DNA of 18,151 nt. Source: Azolla caroliniana (taxonomy: Eukaryota > Plantae > Polypodiophyta). Each line of letters opens with the position of its first letter. The stretch's first letter is position 1. The notes under the pieces are model-generated. The model saw only the letters and a list, made by a program, of their open reading frames with translations. It did no database searches and was not told the origin of the DNA. The position numbers and the translations under genes are program-made. Below are positions 6,938 through 18,151 of the stretch, piece after piece. The stretch is from contig JBHGNT010000661.1 of NCBI GenBank assembly GCA_043228905.1, positions 1-18,151 on the forward strand. The letters run 5' to 3'.

Positions 6938-7723
6938 ATGGCAAAGCTTACTTCCGTATTCCTCATGGCCGTGATCATGCTCGCCGCGTGTACCGCGGCC
7001 AATGCTAGGTCTGTAGGGCGGGACCGTGAAGAGGAGCGACGCGATCGACGTCGTGAGGGAGACATTGACGAGGAGAGGCGCGATCGACGCCGAGAGGGGG
7101 AGTGCGATGACGAGAGGCGCGAGCGACGTCGTGAGGGGTTCCTTGAGGAGGGGCGCCGCTACAGAGACAACAAGAGAGACTCCGAAGAGGAAAGGGAACG
7201 TCGTAGCCGTGGTCGCGATGAGCCACGTGACGAGGAACTGAGGCGAGAGTGCGGTGATTTCATCGACAAGCAGATCCGAGAGCTACAAGAGCGCTCCGAA
7301 AGAGAGGAAGGTGAACAAGGACGTCGCTCCCCATGGATCGAAAACACTCGATACTCAAGACCCTCGGAACGGTGCTGCAGGAACGTCGAACGAATCCCCG
7401 CCGAAGATCGATGCGATCGCCTACGTGATGCCTTGTATGCTGACGAGGAGGAACGACGCAATGATGAAGGCCGACGCCATGGCCAACAATCAAGGGAACA
7501 CCGTAGCTGGGAGGAAGAGGACGAGGAGCGCGAGAGAGATAGCAGCCGTGAGCGACGAGAGGGTGACGAACGCCGCCACCGCATGTCTCGACGACAAGAG
7601 GACGAACGTCAACAACGTCGCCAATTCAAGGCCGATGACGAGGAAAGAGCTCTAGGCGTCGCCGCCTCCCGCCTACTCCAACAGTGCGATCTTCGCCCTC
7701 GTGCTTGTATTCGTCGCTTCTAA
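6938..7723 (+). CDS. 2S albumin-like storage protein precursor, copy 5
   Basis: Translation identical to copy 2. Confidence 0.88.
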   Translation: MAKLTSVFLMAVIMLAACTAANARSVGRDREEERRDRRREGDIDEERRDRRREGECDDERRERRREGFLEEGRRYRDNKRDSEEERERRSRGRDEPRDEELRRECGDFIDKQIRELQERSEREEGEQGRRSPWIENTRYSRPSERCCRNVERIPAEDRCDRLRDALYADEEERRNDEGRRHGQQSREHRSWEEEDEERERDSSRERREGDERRHRMSRRQEDERQQRRQFKADDEERALGVAASRLLQQCDLRPRACIRRF

Positions 7724-8592
7724 ATAGTACATAAACCTTGTTCAAATTATTCTCGTGGTCTCTCTCTAATTTCTCGTAAGTGTTTACGAACAAGTGCGTC
7801 TCCCCAATCGCGCATTACACCCACACGAACGTAAACACGAGCACCAACGTCCCTCCAACACGAACGTAAACACGAGCACCAACGCATAGAATTTGCCTAT
7901 AGGGACCGCAAACCACCCAAACGGAAAAAAAAACATCAAAGCAGGACACCCATACCGCACACGCCACGGCAACGGCTAAGGCTAAGGTCAACTTGTACAC
8001 GCGGCGAATGTGAACTTGCTTCCGCACTTGCCCGATAGGACACTCCTAGTGTGGTAGTCCGGTTAGCTTTCCTTGTCGTCGTCGTTACCAACCCCTCGTC
8101 CGTCCGAACGAGCGAGTACGGACACCGGTCTATCTACGTTCATCGATGTAGCACACTCGGGAGCCACCACTCGTCCCGCAGTAGCCTCCGCGTGCTTAGT
8201 GTCTCGGCACTAGCGCGTTCTAGTTTAATGTGCACGTGCCCGCACACCCCTACGCGCACGCGCGAGTGCGCACATTTACCTATGTATGTATAAATGTTAT
8301 GTTGCTCGACAAGCTCTCGCGCGAGGAGGAGGAGTACCCGCTACAGGTTGCGCCCAGATTGTCTGGTGACAATACGACACCTAGGACTAGCCTAGACGTG
8401 TGGGAGGGTGGACTAGTTGGTATGGGTCTTGGGCAAGAGTTGTACGCAGGACACACACGTTATGGTAATGGGAGTGGTGAGTGACATGCATGTGCTCTGA
8501 TTGCATGGCCATGTGTATATATTAAAGGTGGAGGGAGCAATGTCAATACAATCCATTAGGAGACAAGCACCGGGATCATAAGGACAATCGCA

Positions 8593-9378
8593 ATGGCAAA
8601 GCTTACTTCCGTATTCCTCATGGCCGTGATCATGCTCGCCGCGTGTACCGCGGCCAATGCTAGGTCTGTAGGGCGGGACCGTGAAGAGGAGCGACGCGAT
8701 CGACGTCGTGAGGGAGACATTGACGAGGAGAGGCGCGATCGACGCCGAGAGGGGGAGTGCGATGACGAGAGGCGCGAGCGACGTCGTGAGGGGTTCCTTG
8801 AGGAGGGGCGCCGCTACAGAGACAACAAGAGAGACTCCGAAGAGGAAAGGGAACGTCGTAGCCGTGGTCGCGATGAGCCACGTGACGAGGAACTGAGGCG
8901 AGAGTGCGGTGATTTCATCGACAAGCAGATCCGAGAGCTACAAGAGCGCTCCGAAAGAGAGGAAGGTGAACAAGGACGTCGCTCCCCATGGATCGAAAAC
9001 ACTCGATACTCAAGACCCTCGGAACGGTGCTGCAGGAACGTCGAACGAATCCCCGCCGAAGATCGATGCGATCGCCTACGTGATGCCTTGTATGCTGACG
9101 AGGAGGAACGACGCAATGATGAAGGCCGACGCCATGGCCAACAATCAAGGGAACACCGTAGCTGGGAGGAAGAGGACGAGGAGCGCGAGAGAGATAGCAG
9201 CCGTGAGCGACGAGAGGGTGACGAACGCCGCCACCGCATGTCTCGACGACAAGAGGACGAACGTCAACAACGTCGCCAATTCAAGGCCGATGACGAGGAA
9301 AGAGCTCTAGGCGTCGCCGCCTCCCGCCTACTCCAACAGTGCGATCTTCGCCCTCGTGCTTGTATTCGTCGCTTCTAA
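8593..9378 (+). CDS. 2S albumin-like storage protein precursor, copy 6
   Basis: Translation identical to copy 2. Confidence 0.88.
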   Translation: MAKLTSVFLMAVIMLAACTAANARSVGRDREEERRDRRREGDIDEERRDRRREGECDDERRERRREGFLEEGRRYRDNKRDSEEERERRSRGRDEPRDEELRRECGDFIDKQIRELQERSEREEGEQGRRSPWIENTRYSRPSERCCRNVERIPAEDRCDRLRDALYADEEERRNDEGRRHGQQSREHRSWEEEDEERERDSSRERREGDERRHRMSRRQEDERQQRRQFKADDEERALGVAASRLLQQCDLRPRACIRRF

Positions 9379-10247
9379 ATAGTACATAAACCTTGTTCAA
9401 ATTATTCTCGTGGTCTCTCTCTAATTTCTCGTAAGTGTTTACGAACAAGTGCGTCTCCCCAATCGCGCATTACACCCACACGAACGTAAACACGAGCACC
9501 AACGTCCCTCCAACACGAACGTAAACACGAGCACCAACGCATAGAATTTGCCTATAGGGACCGCAAACCACCCAAACGGAAAAAAAAACATCAAAGCAGG
9601 ACACCCATACCGCACACGCCACGGCAACGGCTAAGGCTAAGGTCAACTTGTACACGCGGCGAATGTGAACTTGCTTCCGCACTTGCCCGATAGGACACTC
9701 CTAGTGTGGTAGTCCGGTTAGCTTTCCTTGTCGTCGTCGTTACCAACCCCTCGTCCGTCCGAACGAGCGAGTACGGACACCGGTCTATCTACGTTCATCG
9801 ATGTAGCACACTCGGGAGCCACCACTCGTCCCGCAGTAGCCTCCGCGTGCTTAGTGTCTCGGCACTAGCGCGTTCTAGTTTAATGTGCACGTGCCCGCAC
9901 ACCCCTACGCGCACGCGCGAGTGCGCACATTTACCTATGTATGTATAAATGTTATGTTGCTCGACAAGCTCTCGCGCGAGGAGGAGGAGTACCCGCTACA
10001 GGTTGCGCCCAGATTGTCTGGTGACAATACGACACCTAGGACTAGCCTAGACGTGTGGGAGGGTGGACTAGTTGGTATGGGTCTTGGGCAAGAGTTGTAC
10101 GCAGGACACACACGTTATGGTAATGGGAGTGGTGAGTGACATGCATGTGCTCTGATTGCATGGCCATGTGTATATATTAAAGGTGGAGGGAGCAATGTCA
10201 ATACAATCCATTAGGAGACAAGCACCGGGATCATAAGGACAATCGCA

Positions 10248-11033
10248 ATGGCAAAGCTTACTTCCGTATTCCTCATGGCCGTGATCATGCTCGCCGCGTG
10301 TACCGCGGCCAATGCTAGGTCTGTAGGGCGGGACCGTGAAGAGGAGCGACGCGATCGACGTCGTGAGGGAGACATTGACGAGGAGAGGCGCGATCGACGC
10401 CGAGAGGGGGAGTGCGATGACGAGAGGCGCGAGCGACGTCGTGAGGGGTTCCTTGAGGAGGGGCGCCGCTACAGAGACAACAAGAGAGACTCCGAAGAGG
10501 AAAGGGAACGTCGTAGCCGTGGTCGCGATGAGCCACGTGACGAGGAACTGAGGCGAGAGTGCGGTGATTTCATCGACAAGCAGATCCGAGAGCTACAAGA
10601 GCGCTCCGAAAGAGAGGAAGGTGAACAAGGACGTCGCTCCCCATGGATCGAAAACACTCGATACTCAAGACCCTCGGAACGGTGCTGCAGGAACGTCGAA
10701 CGAATCCCCGCCGAAGATCGATGCGATCGCCTACGTGATGCCTTGTATGCTGACGAGGAGGAACGACGCAATGATGAAGGCCGACGCCATGGCCAACAAT
10801 CAAGGGAACACCGTAGCTGGGAGGAAGAGGACGAGGAGCGCGAGAGAGATAGCAGCCGTGAGCGACGAGAGGGTGACGAACGCCGCCACCGCATGTCTCG
10901 ACGACAAGAGGACGAACGTCAACAACGTCGCCAATTCAAGGCCGATGACGAGGAAAGAGCTCTAGGCGTCGCCGCCTCCCGCCTACTCCAACAGTGCGAT
11001 CTTCGCCCTCGTGCTTGTATTCGTCGCTTCTAA
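10248..11033 (+). CDS. 2S albumin-like storage protein precursor, copy 7
   Basis: Translation identical to copy 2. Confidence 0.88.
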   Translation: MAKLTSVFLMAVIMLAACTAANARSVGRDREEERRDRRREGDIDEERRDRRREGECDDERRERRREGFLEEGRRYRDNKRDSEEERERRSRGRDEPRDEELRRECGDFIDKQIRELQERSEREEGEQGRRSPWIENTRYSRPSERCCRNVERIPAEDRCDRLRDALYADEEERRNDEGRRHGQQSREHRSWEEEDEERERDSSRERREGDERRHRMSRRQEDERQQRRQFKADDEERALGVAASRLLQQCDLRPRACIRRF

Positions 11034-11902
11034 ATAGTACATAAACCTTGTTCAAATTATTCTCGTGGTCTCTCTCTAATTTCTCGTAAGTGTTTACGAA
11101 CAAGTGCGTCTCCCCAATCGCGCATTACACCCACACGAACGTAAACACGAGCACCAACGTCCCTCCAACACGAACGTAAACACGAGCACCAACGCATAGA
11201 ATTTGCCTATAGGGACCGCAAACCACCCAAACGGAAAAAAAAACATCAAAGCAGGACACCCATACCGCACACGCCACGGCAACGGCTAAGGCTAAGGTCA
11301 ACTTGTACACGCGGCGAATGTGAACTTGCTTCCACACTTGCCCGATAGGACACTCCTAGTGTGGTAGTCCGGTTAGCTTTCCTTGTCGTCGTCGTTACCA
11401 ACCCCTCGTCCGTCCGAACGAGCGAGTACGGACACCGGTCTATCTACGTTCATCGATGTAGCACACTCGGGAGCCACCACTCGTCCCGCAGTAGCCTCCG
11501 CGTGCTTAGTGTCTCGGCACTAGCGCGTTCTAGTTTAATGTGCACGTGCCCGCACACCCCTACGCGCACGCGCGAGTGCGCACATTTACCTATGTATGTA
11601 TAAATGTTATGTTGCTCGACAAGCTCTCGCGCGAGGAGGAGGAGTACCCGCTACAGGTTGCGCCCAGATTGTCTGGTGACAATACGACACCTAGGACTAG
11701 CCTAGACGTGTGGGAGGGTGGACTAGTTGGTATGGGTCTTGGGCAAGAGTTGTACGCAGGACACACACGTTATGGTAATGGGAGTGGTGAGTGACATGCA
11801 TGTGCTCTGATTGCATGGCCATGTGTATATATTAAAGGTGGAGGGAGCAATGTCAATACAATCCATTAGGAGACAAGCACCGGGATCATAAGGACAATCG
11901 CA

Positions 11903-12688
11903 ATGGCAAAGCTTACTTCCGTATTCCTCATGGCCGTGATCATGCTCGCCGCGTGTACCGCGGCCAATGCTAGGTCTGTAGGGCGGGACCGTGAAGAGGA
12001 GCGACGCGATCGACGTCGTGAGGGAGACATTGACGAGGAGAGGCGCGATCGACGCCGAGAGGGGGAGTGCGATGACGAGAGGCGCGAGCGACGTCGTGAG
12101 GGGTTCCTTGAGGAGGGGCGCCGCTACAGAGACAACAAGAGAGACTCCGAAGAGGAAAGGGAACGTCGTAGCCGTGGTCGCGATGAGCCACGTGACGAGG
12201 AACTGAGGCGAGAGTGCGGTGATTTCATCGACAAGCAGATCCGAGAGCTACAAGAGCGCTCCGAAAGAGAGGAAGGTGAACAAGGACGTCGCTCCCCATG
12301 GATCGAAAACACTCGATACTCAAGACCCTCGGAACGGTGCTGCAGGAACGTCGAACGAATCCCCGCCGAAGATCGATGCGATCGCCTACGTGATGCCTTG
12401 TATGCTGACGAGGAGGAACGACGCAATGATGAAGGCCGACGCCATGGCCAACAATCAAGGGAACACCGTAGCTGGGAGGAAGAGGACGAGGAGCGCGAGA
12501 GAGATAGCAGCCGTGAGCGACGAGAGGGTGACGAACGCCGCCACCGCATGTCTCGACGACAAGAGGACGAACGTCAACAACGTCGCCAATTCAAGGCCGA
12601 TGACGAGGAAAGAGCTCTAGGCGTCGCCGCCTCCCGCCTACTCCAACAGTGCGATCTTCGCCCTCGTGCTTGTATTCGTCGCTTCTAA
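11903..12688 (+). CDS. 2S albumin-like storage protein precursor, copy 8
   Basis: Translation identical to copy 2. Confidence 0.88.
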   Translation: MAKLTSVFLMAVIMLAACTAANARSVGRDREEERRDRRREGDIDEERRDRRREGECDDERRERRREGFLEEGRRYRDNKRDSEEERERRSRGRDEPRDEELRRECGDFIDKQIRELQERSEREEGEQGRRSPWIENTRYSRPSERCCRNVERIPAEDRCDRLRDALYADEEERRNDEGRRHGQQSREHRSWEEEDEERERDSSRERREGDERRHRMSRRQEDERQQRRQFKADDEERALGVAASRLLQQCDLRPRACIRRF

Positions 12689-13557
12689 ATAGTACATAAA
12701 CCTTGTTCAAATTATTCTCGTGGTCTCTCTCTAATTTCTCGTAAGTGTTTACGAACAAGTGCGTCTCCCCAATCGCGCATTACACCCACACGAACGTAAA
12801 CACGAGCACCAACGTCCCTCCAACACGAACGTAAACACGAGCACCAACGCATAGAATTTGCCTATAGGGACCGCAAACCACCCAAACGGAAAAAAAAACA
12901 TCAAAGCAGGACACCCATACCGCACACGCCACGGCAACGGCTAAGGCTAAGGTCAACTTGTACACGCGGCGAATGTGAACTTGCTTCCACACTTGCCCGA
13001 TAGGACACTCCTAGTGTGGTAGTCCGGTTAGCTTTCCTTGTCGTCGTCGTTACCAACCCCTCGTCCGTCCGAACGAGCGAGTACGGACACCGGTCTATCT
13101 ACGTTCATCGATGTAGCACACTCGGGAGCCACCACTCGTCCCGCAGTAGCCTCCGCGTGCTTAGTGTCTCGGCACTAGCGCGTTCTAGTTTAATGTGCAC
13201 GTGCCCGCACACCCCTACGCGCACGCGCGAGTGCGCACATTTACCTATGTATGTATAAATGTTATGTTGCTCGACAAGCTCTCGCGCGAGGAGGAGGAGT
13301 ACCCGCTACAGGTTGCGCCCAGATTGTCTGGTGACAATACGACACCTAGGACTAGCCTAGACGTGTGGGAGGGTGGACTAGTTGGTATGGGTCTTGGGCA
13401 AGAGTTGTACGCAGGACACACACGTTATGGTAATGGGAGTGGTGAGTGACATGCATGTGCTCTGATTGCATGGCCATGTGTATATATTAAAGGTGGAGGG
13501 AGCAATGTCAATACAATCCATTAGGAGACAAGCACCGGGATCATAAGGACAATCGCA

Positions 13558-14343
13558 ATGGCAAAGCTTACTTCCGTATTCCTCATGGCCGTGATCATGC
13601 TCGCCGCGTGTACCGCGGCCAATGCTAGGTCTGTAGGGCGGGACCGTGAAGAGGAGCGACGCGATCGACGTCGTGAGGGAGACATTGACGAGGAGAGGCG
13701 CGATCGACGCCGAGAGGGGGAGTGCGATGACGAGAGGCGCGAGCGACGTCGTGAGGGGTTCCTTGAGGAGGGGCGCCGCTACAGAGACAACAAGAGAGAC
13801 TCCGAAGAGGAAAGGGAACGTCGTAGCCGTGGTCGCGATGAGCCACGTGACGAGGAACTGAGGCGAGAGTGCGGTGATTTCATCGACAAGCAGATCCGAG
13901 AGCTACAAGAGCGCTCCGAAAGAGAGGAAGGTGAACAAGGACGTCGCTCCCCATGGATCGAAAACACTCGATACTCAAGACCCTCGGAACGGTGCTGCAG
14001 GAACGTCGAACGAATCCCCGCCGAAGATCGATGCGATCGCCTACGTGATGCCTTGTATGCTGACGAGGAGGAACGACGCAATGATGAAGGCCGACGCCAT
14101 GGCCAACAATCAAGGGAACACCGTAGCTGGGAGGAAGAGGACGAGGAGCGCGAGAGAGATAGCAGCCGTGAGCGACGAGAGGGTGACGAACGCCGCCACC
14201 GCATGTCTCGACGACAAGAGGACGAACGTCAACAACGTCGCCAATTCAAGGCCGATGACGAGGAAAGAGCTCTAGGCGTCGCCGCCTCCCGCCTACTCCA
14301 ACAGTGCGATCTTCGCCCTCGTGCTTGTATTCGTCGCTTCTAA
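13558..14343 (+). CDS. 2S albumin-like storage protein precursor, copy 9
   Basis: Translation identical to copy 2. Confidence 0.88.
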   Translation: MAKLTSVFLMAVIMLAACTAANARSVGRDREEERRDRRREGDIDEERRDRRREGECDDERRERRREGFLEEGRRYRDNKRDSEEERERRSRGRDEPRDEELRRECGDFIDKQIRELQERSEREEGEQGRRSPWIENTRYSRPSERCCRNVERIPAEDRCDRLRDALYADEEERRNDEGRRHGQQSREHRSWEEEDEERERDSSRERREGDERRHRMSRRQEDERQQRRQFKADDEERALGVAASRLLQQCDLRPRACIRRF

Positions 14344-15212
14344 ATAGTACATAAACCTTGTTCAAATTATTCTCGTGGTCTCTCTCTAATTTCTCGTAAG
14401 TGTTTACGAACAAGTGCGTCTCCCCAATCGCGCATTACACCCACACGAACGTAAACACGAGCACCAACGTCCCTCCAACACGAACGTAAACACGAGCACC
14501 AACGCATAGAATTTGCCTATAGGGACCGCAAACCACCCAAACGGAAAAAAAAACATCAAAGCAGGACACCCATACCGCACACGCCACGGCAACGGCTAAG
14601 GCTAAGGTCAACTTGTACACGCGGCGAATGTGAACTTGCTTCCACACTTGCCCGATAGGACACTCCTAGTGTGGTAGTCCGGTTAGCTTTCCTTGTCGTC
14701 GTCGTTACCAACCCCTCGTCCGTCCGAACGAGCGAGTACGGACACCGGTCTATCTACGTTCATCGATGTAGCACACTCGGGAGCCACCACTCGTCCCGCA
14801 GTAGCCTCCGCGTGCTTAGTGTCTCGGCACTAGCGCGTTCTAGTTTAATGTGCACGTGCCCGCACACCCCTACGCGCACGCGCGAGTGCGCACATTTACC
14901 TATGTATGTATAAATGTTATGTTGCTCGACAAGCTCTCGCGCGAGGAGGAGGAGTACCCGCTACAGGTTGCGCCCAGATTGTCTGGTGACAATACGACAC
15001 CTAGGACTAGCCTAGACGTGTGGGAGGGTGGACTAGTTGGTATGGGTCTTGGGCAAGAGTTGTACGCAGGACACACACGTTATGGTAATGGGAGTGGTGA
15101 GTGACATGCATGTGCTCTGATTGCATGGCCATGTGTATATATTAAAGGTGGAGGGAGCAATGTCAATACAATCCATTAGGAGACAAGCACCGGGATCATA
15201 AGGACAATCGCA

Positions 15213-15998
15213 ATGGCAAAGCTTACTTCCGTATTCCTCATGGCCGTGATCATGCTCGCCGCGTGTACCGCGGCCAATGCTAGGTCTGTAGGGCGGGACC
15301 GTGAAGAGGAGCGACGCGATCGACGTCGTGAGGGAGACATTGACGAGGAGAGGCGCGATCGACGCCGAGAGGGGGAGTGCGATGACGAGAGGCGCGAGCG
15401 ACGTCGTGAGGGGTTCCTTGAGGAGGGGCGCCGCTACAGAGACAACAAGAGAGACTCCGAAGAGGAAAGGGAACGTCGTAGCCGTGGTCGCGATGAGCCA
15501 CGTGACGAGGAACTGAGGCGAGAGTGCGGTGATTTCATCGACAAGCAGATCCGAGAGCTACAAGAGCGCTCCGAAAGAGAGGAAGGTGAACAAGGACGTC
15601 GCTCCCCATGGATCGAAAACACTCGATACTCAAGACCCTCGGAACGGTGCTGCAGGAACGTCGAACGAATCCCCGCCGAAGATCGATGCGATCGCCTACG
15701 TGATGCCTTGTATGCTGACGAGGAGGAACGACGCAATGATGAAGGCCGACGCCATGGCCAACAATCAAGGGAACACCGTAGCTGGGAGGAAGAGGACGAG
15801 GAGCGCGAGAGAGATAGCAGCCGTGAGCGACGAGAGGGTGACGAACGCCGCCACCGCATGTCTCGACGACAAGAGGACGAACGTCAACAACGTCGCCAAT
15901 TCAAGGCCGATGACGAGGAAAGAGCTCTAGGCGTCGCCGCCTCCCGCCTACTCCAACAGTGCGATCTTCGCCCTCGTGCTTGTATTCGTCGCTTCTAA
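15213..15998 (+). CDS. 2S albumin-like storage protein precursor, copy 10
   Basis: Translation identical to copy 2. Confidence 0.88.
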   Translation: MAKLTSVFLMAVIMLAACTAANARSVGRDREEERRDRRREGDIDEERRDRRREGECDDERRERRREGFLEEGRRYRDNKRDSEEERERRSRGRDEPRDEELRRECGDFIDKQIRELQERSEREEGEQGRRSPWIENTRYSRPSERCCRNVERIPAEDRCDRLRDALYADEEERRNDEGRRHGQQSREHRSWEEEDEERERDSSRERREGDERRHRMSRRQEDERQQRRQFKADDEERALGVAASRLLQQCDLRPRACIRRF

Positions 15999-16867
15999 AT
16001 AGTACATAAACCTTGTTCAAATTATTCTCGTGGTCTCTCTCTAATTTCTCGTAAGTGTTTACGAACAAGTGCGTCTCCCCAATCGCGCATTACACCCACA
16101 CGAACGTAAACACGAGCACCAACGTCCCTCCAACACGAACGTAAACACGAGCACCAACGCATAGAATTTGCCTATAGGGACCGCAAACCACCCAAACGGA
16201 AAAAAAAACATCAAAGCAGGACACCCATACCGCACACGCCACGGCAACGGCTAAGGCTAAGGTCAACTTGTACACGCGGCGAATGTGAACTTGCTTCCAC
16301 ACTTGCCCGATAGGACACTCCTAGTGTGGTAGTCCGGTTAGCTTTCCTTGTCGTCGTCGTTACCAACCCCTCGTCCGTCCGAACGAGCGAGTACGGACAC
16401 CGGTCTATCTACGTTCATCGATGTAGCACACTCGGGAGCCACCACTCGTCCCGCAGTAGCCTCCGCGTGCTTAGTGTCTCGGCACTAGCGCGTTCTAGTT
16501 TAATGTGCACGTGCCCGCACACCCCTACGCGCACGCGCGAGTGCGCACATTTACCTATGTATGTATAAATGTTATGTTGCTCGACAAGCTCTCGCGCGAG
16601 GAGGAGGAGTACCCGCTACAGGTTGCGCCCAGATTGTCTGGTGACAATACGACACCTAGGACTAGCCTAGACGTGTGGGAGGGTGGACTAGTTGGTATGG
16701 GTCTTGGGCAAGAGTTGTACGCAGGACACACACGTTATGGTAATGGGAGTGGTGAGTGACATGCATGTGCTCTGATTGCATGGCCATGTGTATATATTAA
16801 AGGTGGAGGGAGCAATGTCAATACAATCCATTAGGAGACAAGCACCGGGATCATAAGGACAATCGCA

Positions 16868-17653
16868 ATGGCAAAGCTTACTTCCGTATTCCTCATGGCC
16901 GTGATCATGCTCGCCGCGTGTACCGCGGCCAATGCTAGGTCTGTAGGGCGGGACCGTGAAGAGGAGCGACGCGATCGACGTCGTGAGGGAGACATTGACG
17001 AGGAGAGGCGCGATCGACGCCGAGAGGGGGAGTGCGATGACGAGAGGCGCGAGCGACGTCGTGAGGGGTTCCTTGAGGAGGGGCGCCGCTACAGAGACAA
17101 CAAGAGAGACTCCGAAGAGGAAAGGGAACGTCGTAGCCGTGGTCGCGATGAGCCACGTGACGAGGAACTGAGGCGAGAGTGCGGTGATTTCATCGACAAG
17201 CAGATCCGAGAGCTACAAGAGCGCTCCGAAAGAGAGGAAGGTGAACAAGGACGTCGCTCCCCATGGATCGAAAACACTCGATACTCAAGACCCTCGGAAC
17301 GGTGCTGCAGGAACGTCGAACGAATCCCCGCCGAAGATCGATGCGATCGCCTACGTGATGCCTTGTATGCTGACGAGGAGGAACGACGCAATGATGAAGG
17401 CCGACGCCATGGCCAACAATCAAGGGAACACCGTAGCTGGGAGGAAGAGGACGAGGAGCGCGAGAGAGATAGCAGCCGTGAGCGACGAGAGGGTGACGAA
17501 CGCCGCCACCGCATGTCTCGACGACAAGAGGACGAACGTCAACAACGTCGCCAATTCAAGGCCGATGACGAGGAAAGAGCTCTAGGCGTCGCCGCCTCCC
17601 GCCTACTCCAACAGTGCGATCTTCGCCCTCGTGCTTGTATTCGTCGCTTCTAA
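16868..17653 (+). CDS. 2S albumin-like storage protein precursor, copy 11
   Basis: Translation identical to copy 2. Confidence 0.88.
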   Translation: MAKLTSVFLMAVIMLAACTAANARSVGRDREEERRDRRREGDIDEERRDRRREGECDDERRERRREGFLEEGRRYRDNKRDSEEERERRSRGRDEPRDEELRRECGDFIDKQIRELQERSEREEGEQGRRSPWIENTRYSRPSERCCRNVERIPAEDRCDRLRDALYADEEERRNDEGRRHGQQSREHRSWEEEDEERERDSSRERREGDERRHRMSRRQEDERQQRRQFKADDEERALGVAASRLLQQCDLRPRACIRRF

Positions 17654-18151
17654 ATAGTACATAAACCTTGTTCAAATTATTCTCGTGGTCTCTCTCTAAT
17701 TTCTCGTAAGTGTTTACGAACAAGTGCGTCTCCCCAATCGCGCATTACACCCACACGAACGTAAACACGAGCACCAACGTCCCTCCAACACGAACGTAAA
17801 CACGAGCACCAACGCATAGAATTTGCCTATAGGGACCGCAAACCACCCAAACGGAAAAAAAAACATCAAAGCAGGACACCCATACCGCACACGCCACGGC
17901 AACGGCTAAGGCTAAGGTCAACTTGTACACGCGGCGAATGTGAACTTGCTTCCGCACTTGCCCGATAGGACACTCCTAGTGTGGTAGTCCGGTTAGCTTT
18001 CCTTGTCGTCGTCGTTACCAACCCCTCGTCCGTCCGAACGAGCGAGTACGGACACCGGTCTATCTACGTTCATCGATGTAGCACACTCGGGAGCCACCAC
18101 TCGTCCCGCAGTAGCCTCCGCGTGCTTAGTGTCTCGGCACTAGCGCGTTCT

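Larger units (their letters stand above)
1..18151 (+). repeat. Head-to-tail tandem gene array, 1,655-bp unit, about 11 copies (first unit 1,630 bp), continuing past both window edges
   Basis: The unit start TACGCGCACGCGCGAGTG recurs at 1, 1631, 3286, 4941, 6596, 8251, 9906, 11561, 13216, 14871 and 16526. From unit 2 onward all ORFs repeat with an exact 1,655-bp offset. Confidence 0.99.

Overview
The whole window is one head-to-tail tandem array of about 11 copies of a 1,655-bp unit. Each unit carries a single intronless gene for a secreted 261-aa protein that is extremely rich in Arg, Glu and Asp and has a 2S-albumin (prolamin superfamily) cysteine skeleton. Each gene is preceded by a plant seed/spore-maturation-type promoter (RY elements CATGCATG/TGCATG, ACGT/G-box cores, TATA). 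Ten copies encode identical intact proteins. The first copy has a 27-bp in-frame deletion plus two 1-bp insertions and is frameshifted. The only other difference I found is one A/G site in the spacer, which runs A,A,A,G,G,G,A,A,A,A,G along the array. The best reading is a land-plant nitrogen-storage protein gene amplified into an rDNA-like, near-identical array. The protein is an atypical 2S albumin with a remodelled cysteine set and large charge-balanced insertions. The organism cannot be fixed from sequence alone, and an assembly contribution to the array's uniformity cannot be excluded.
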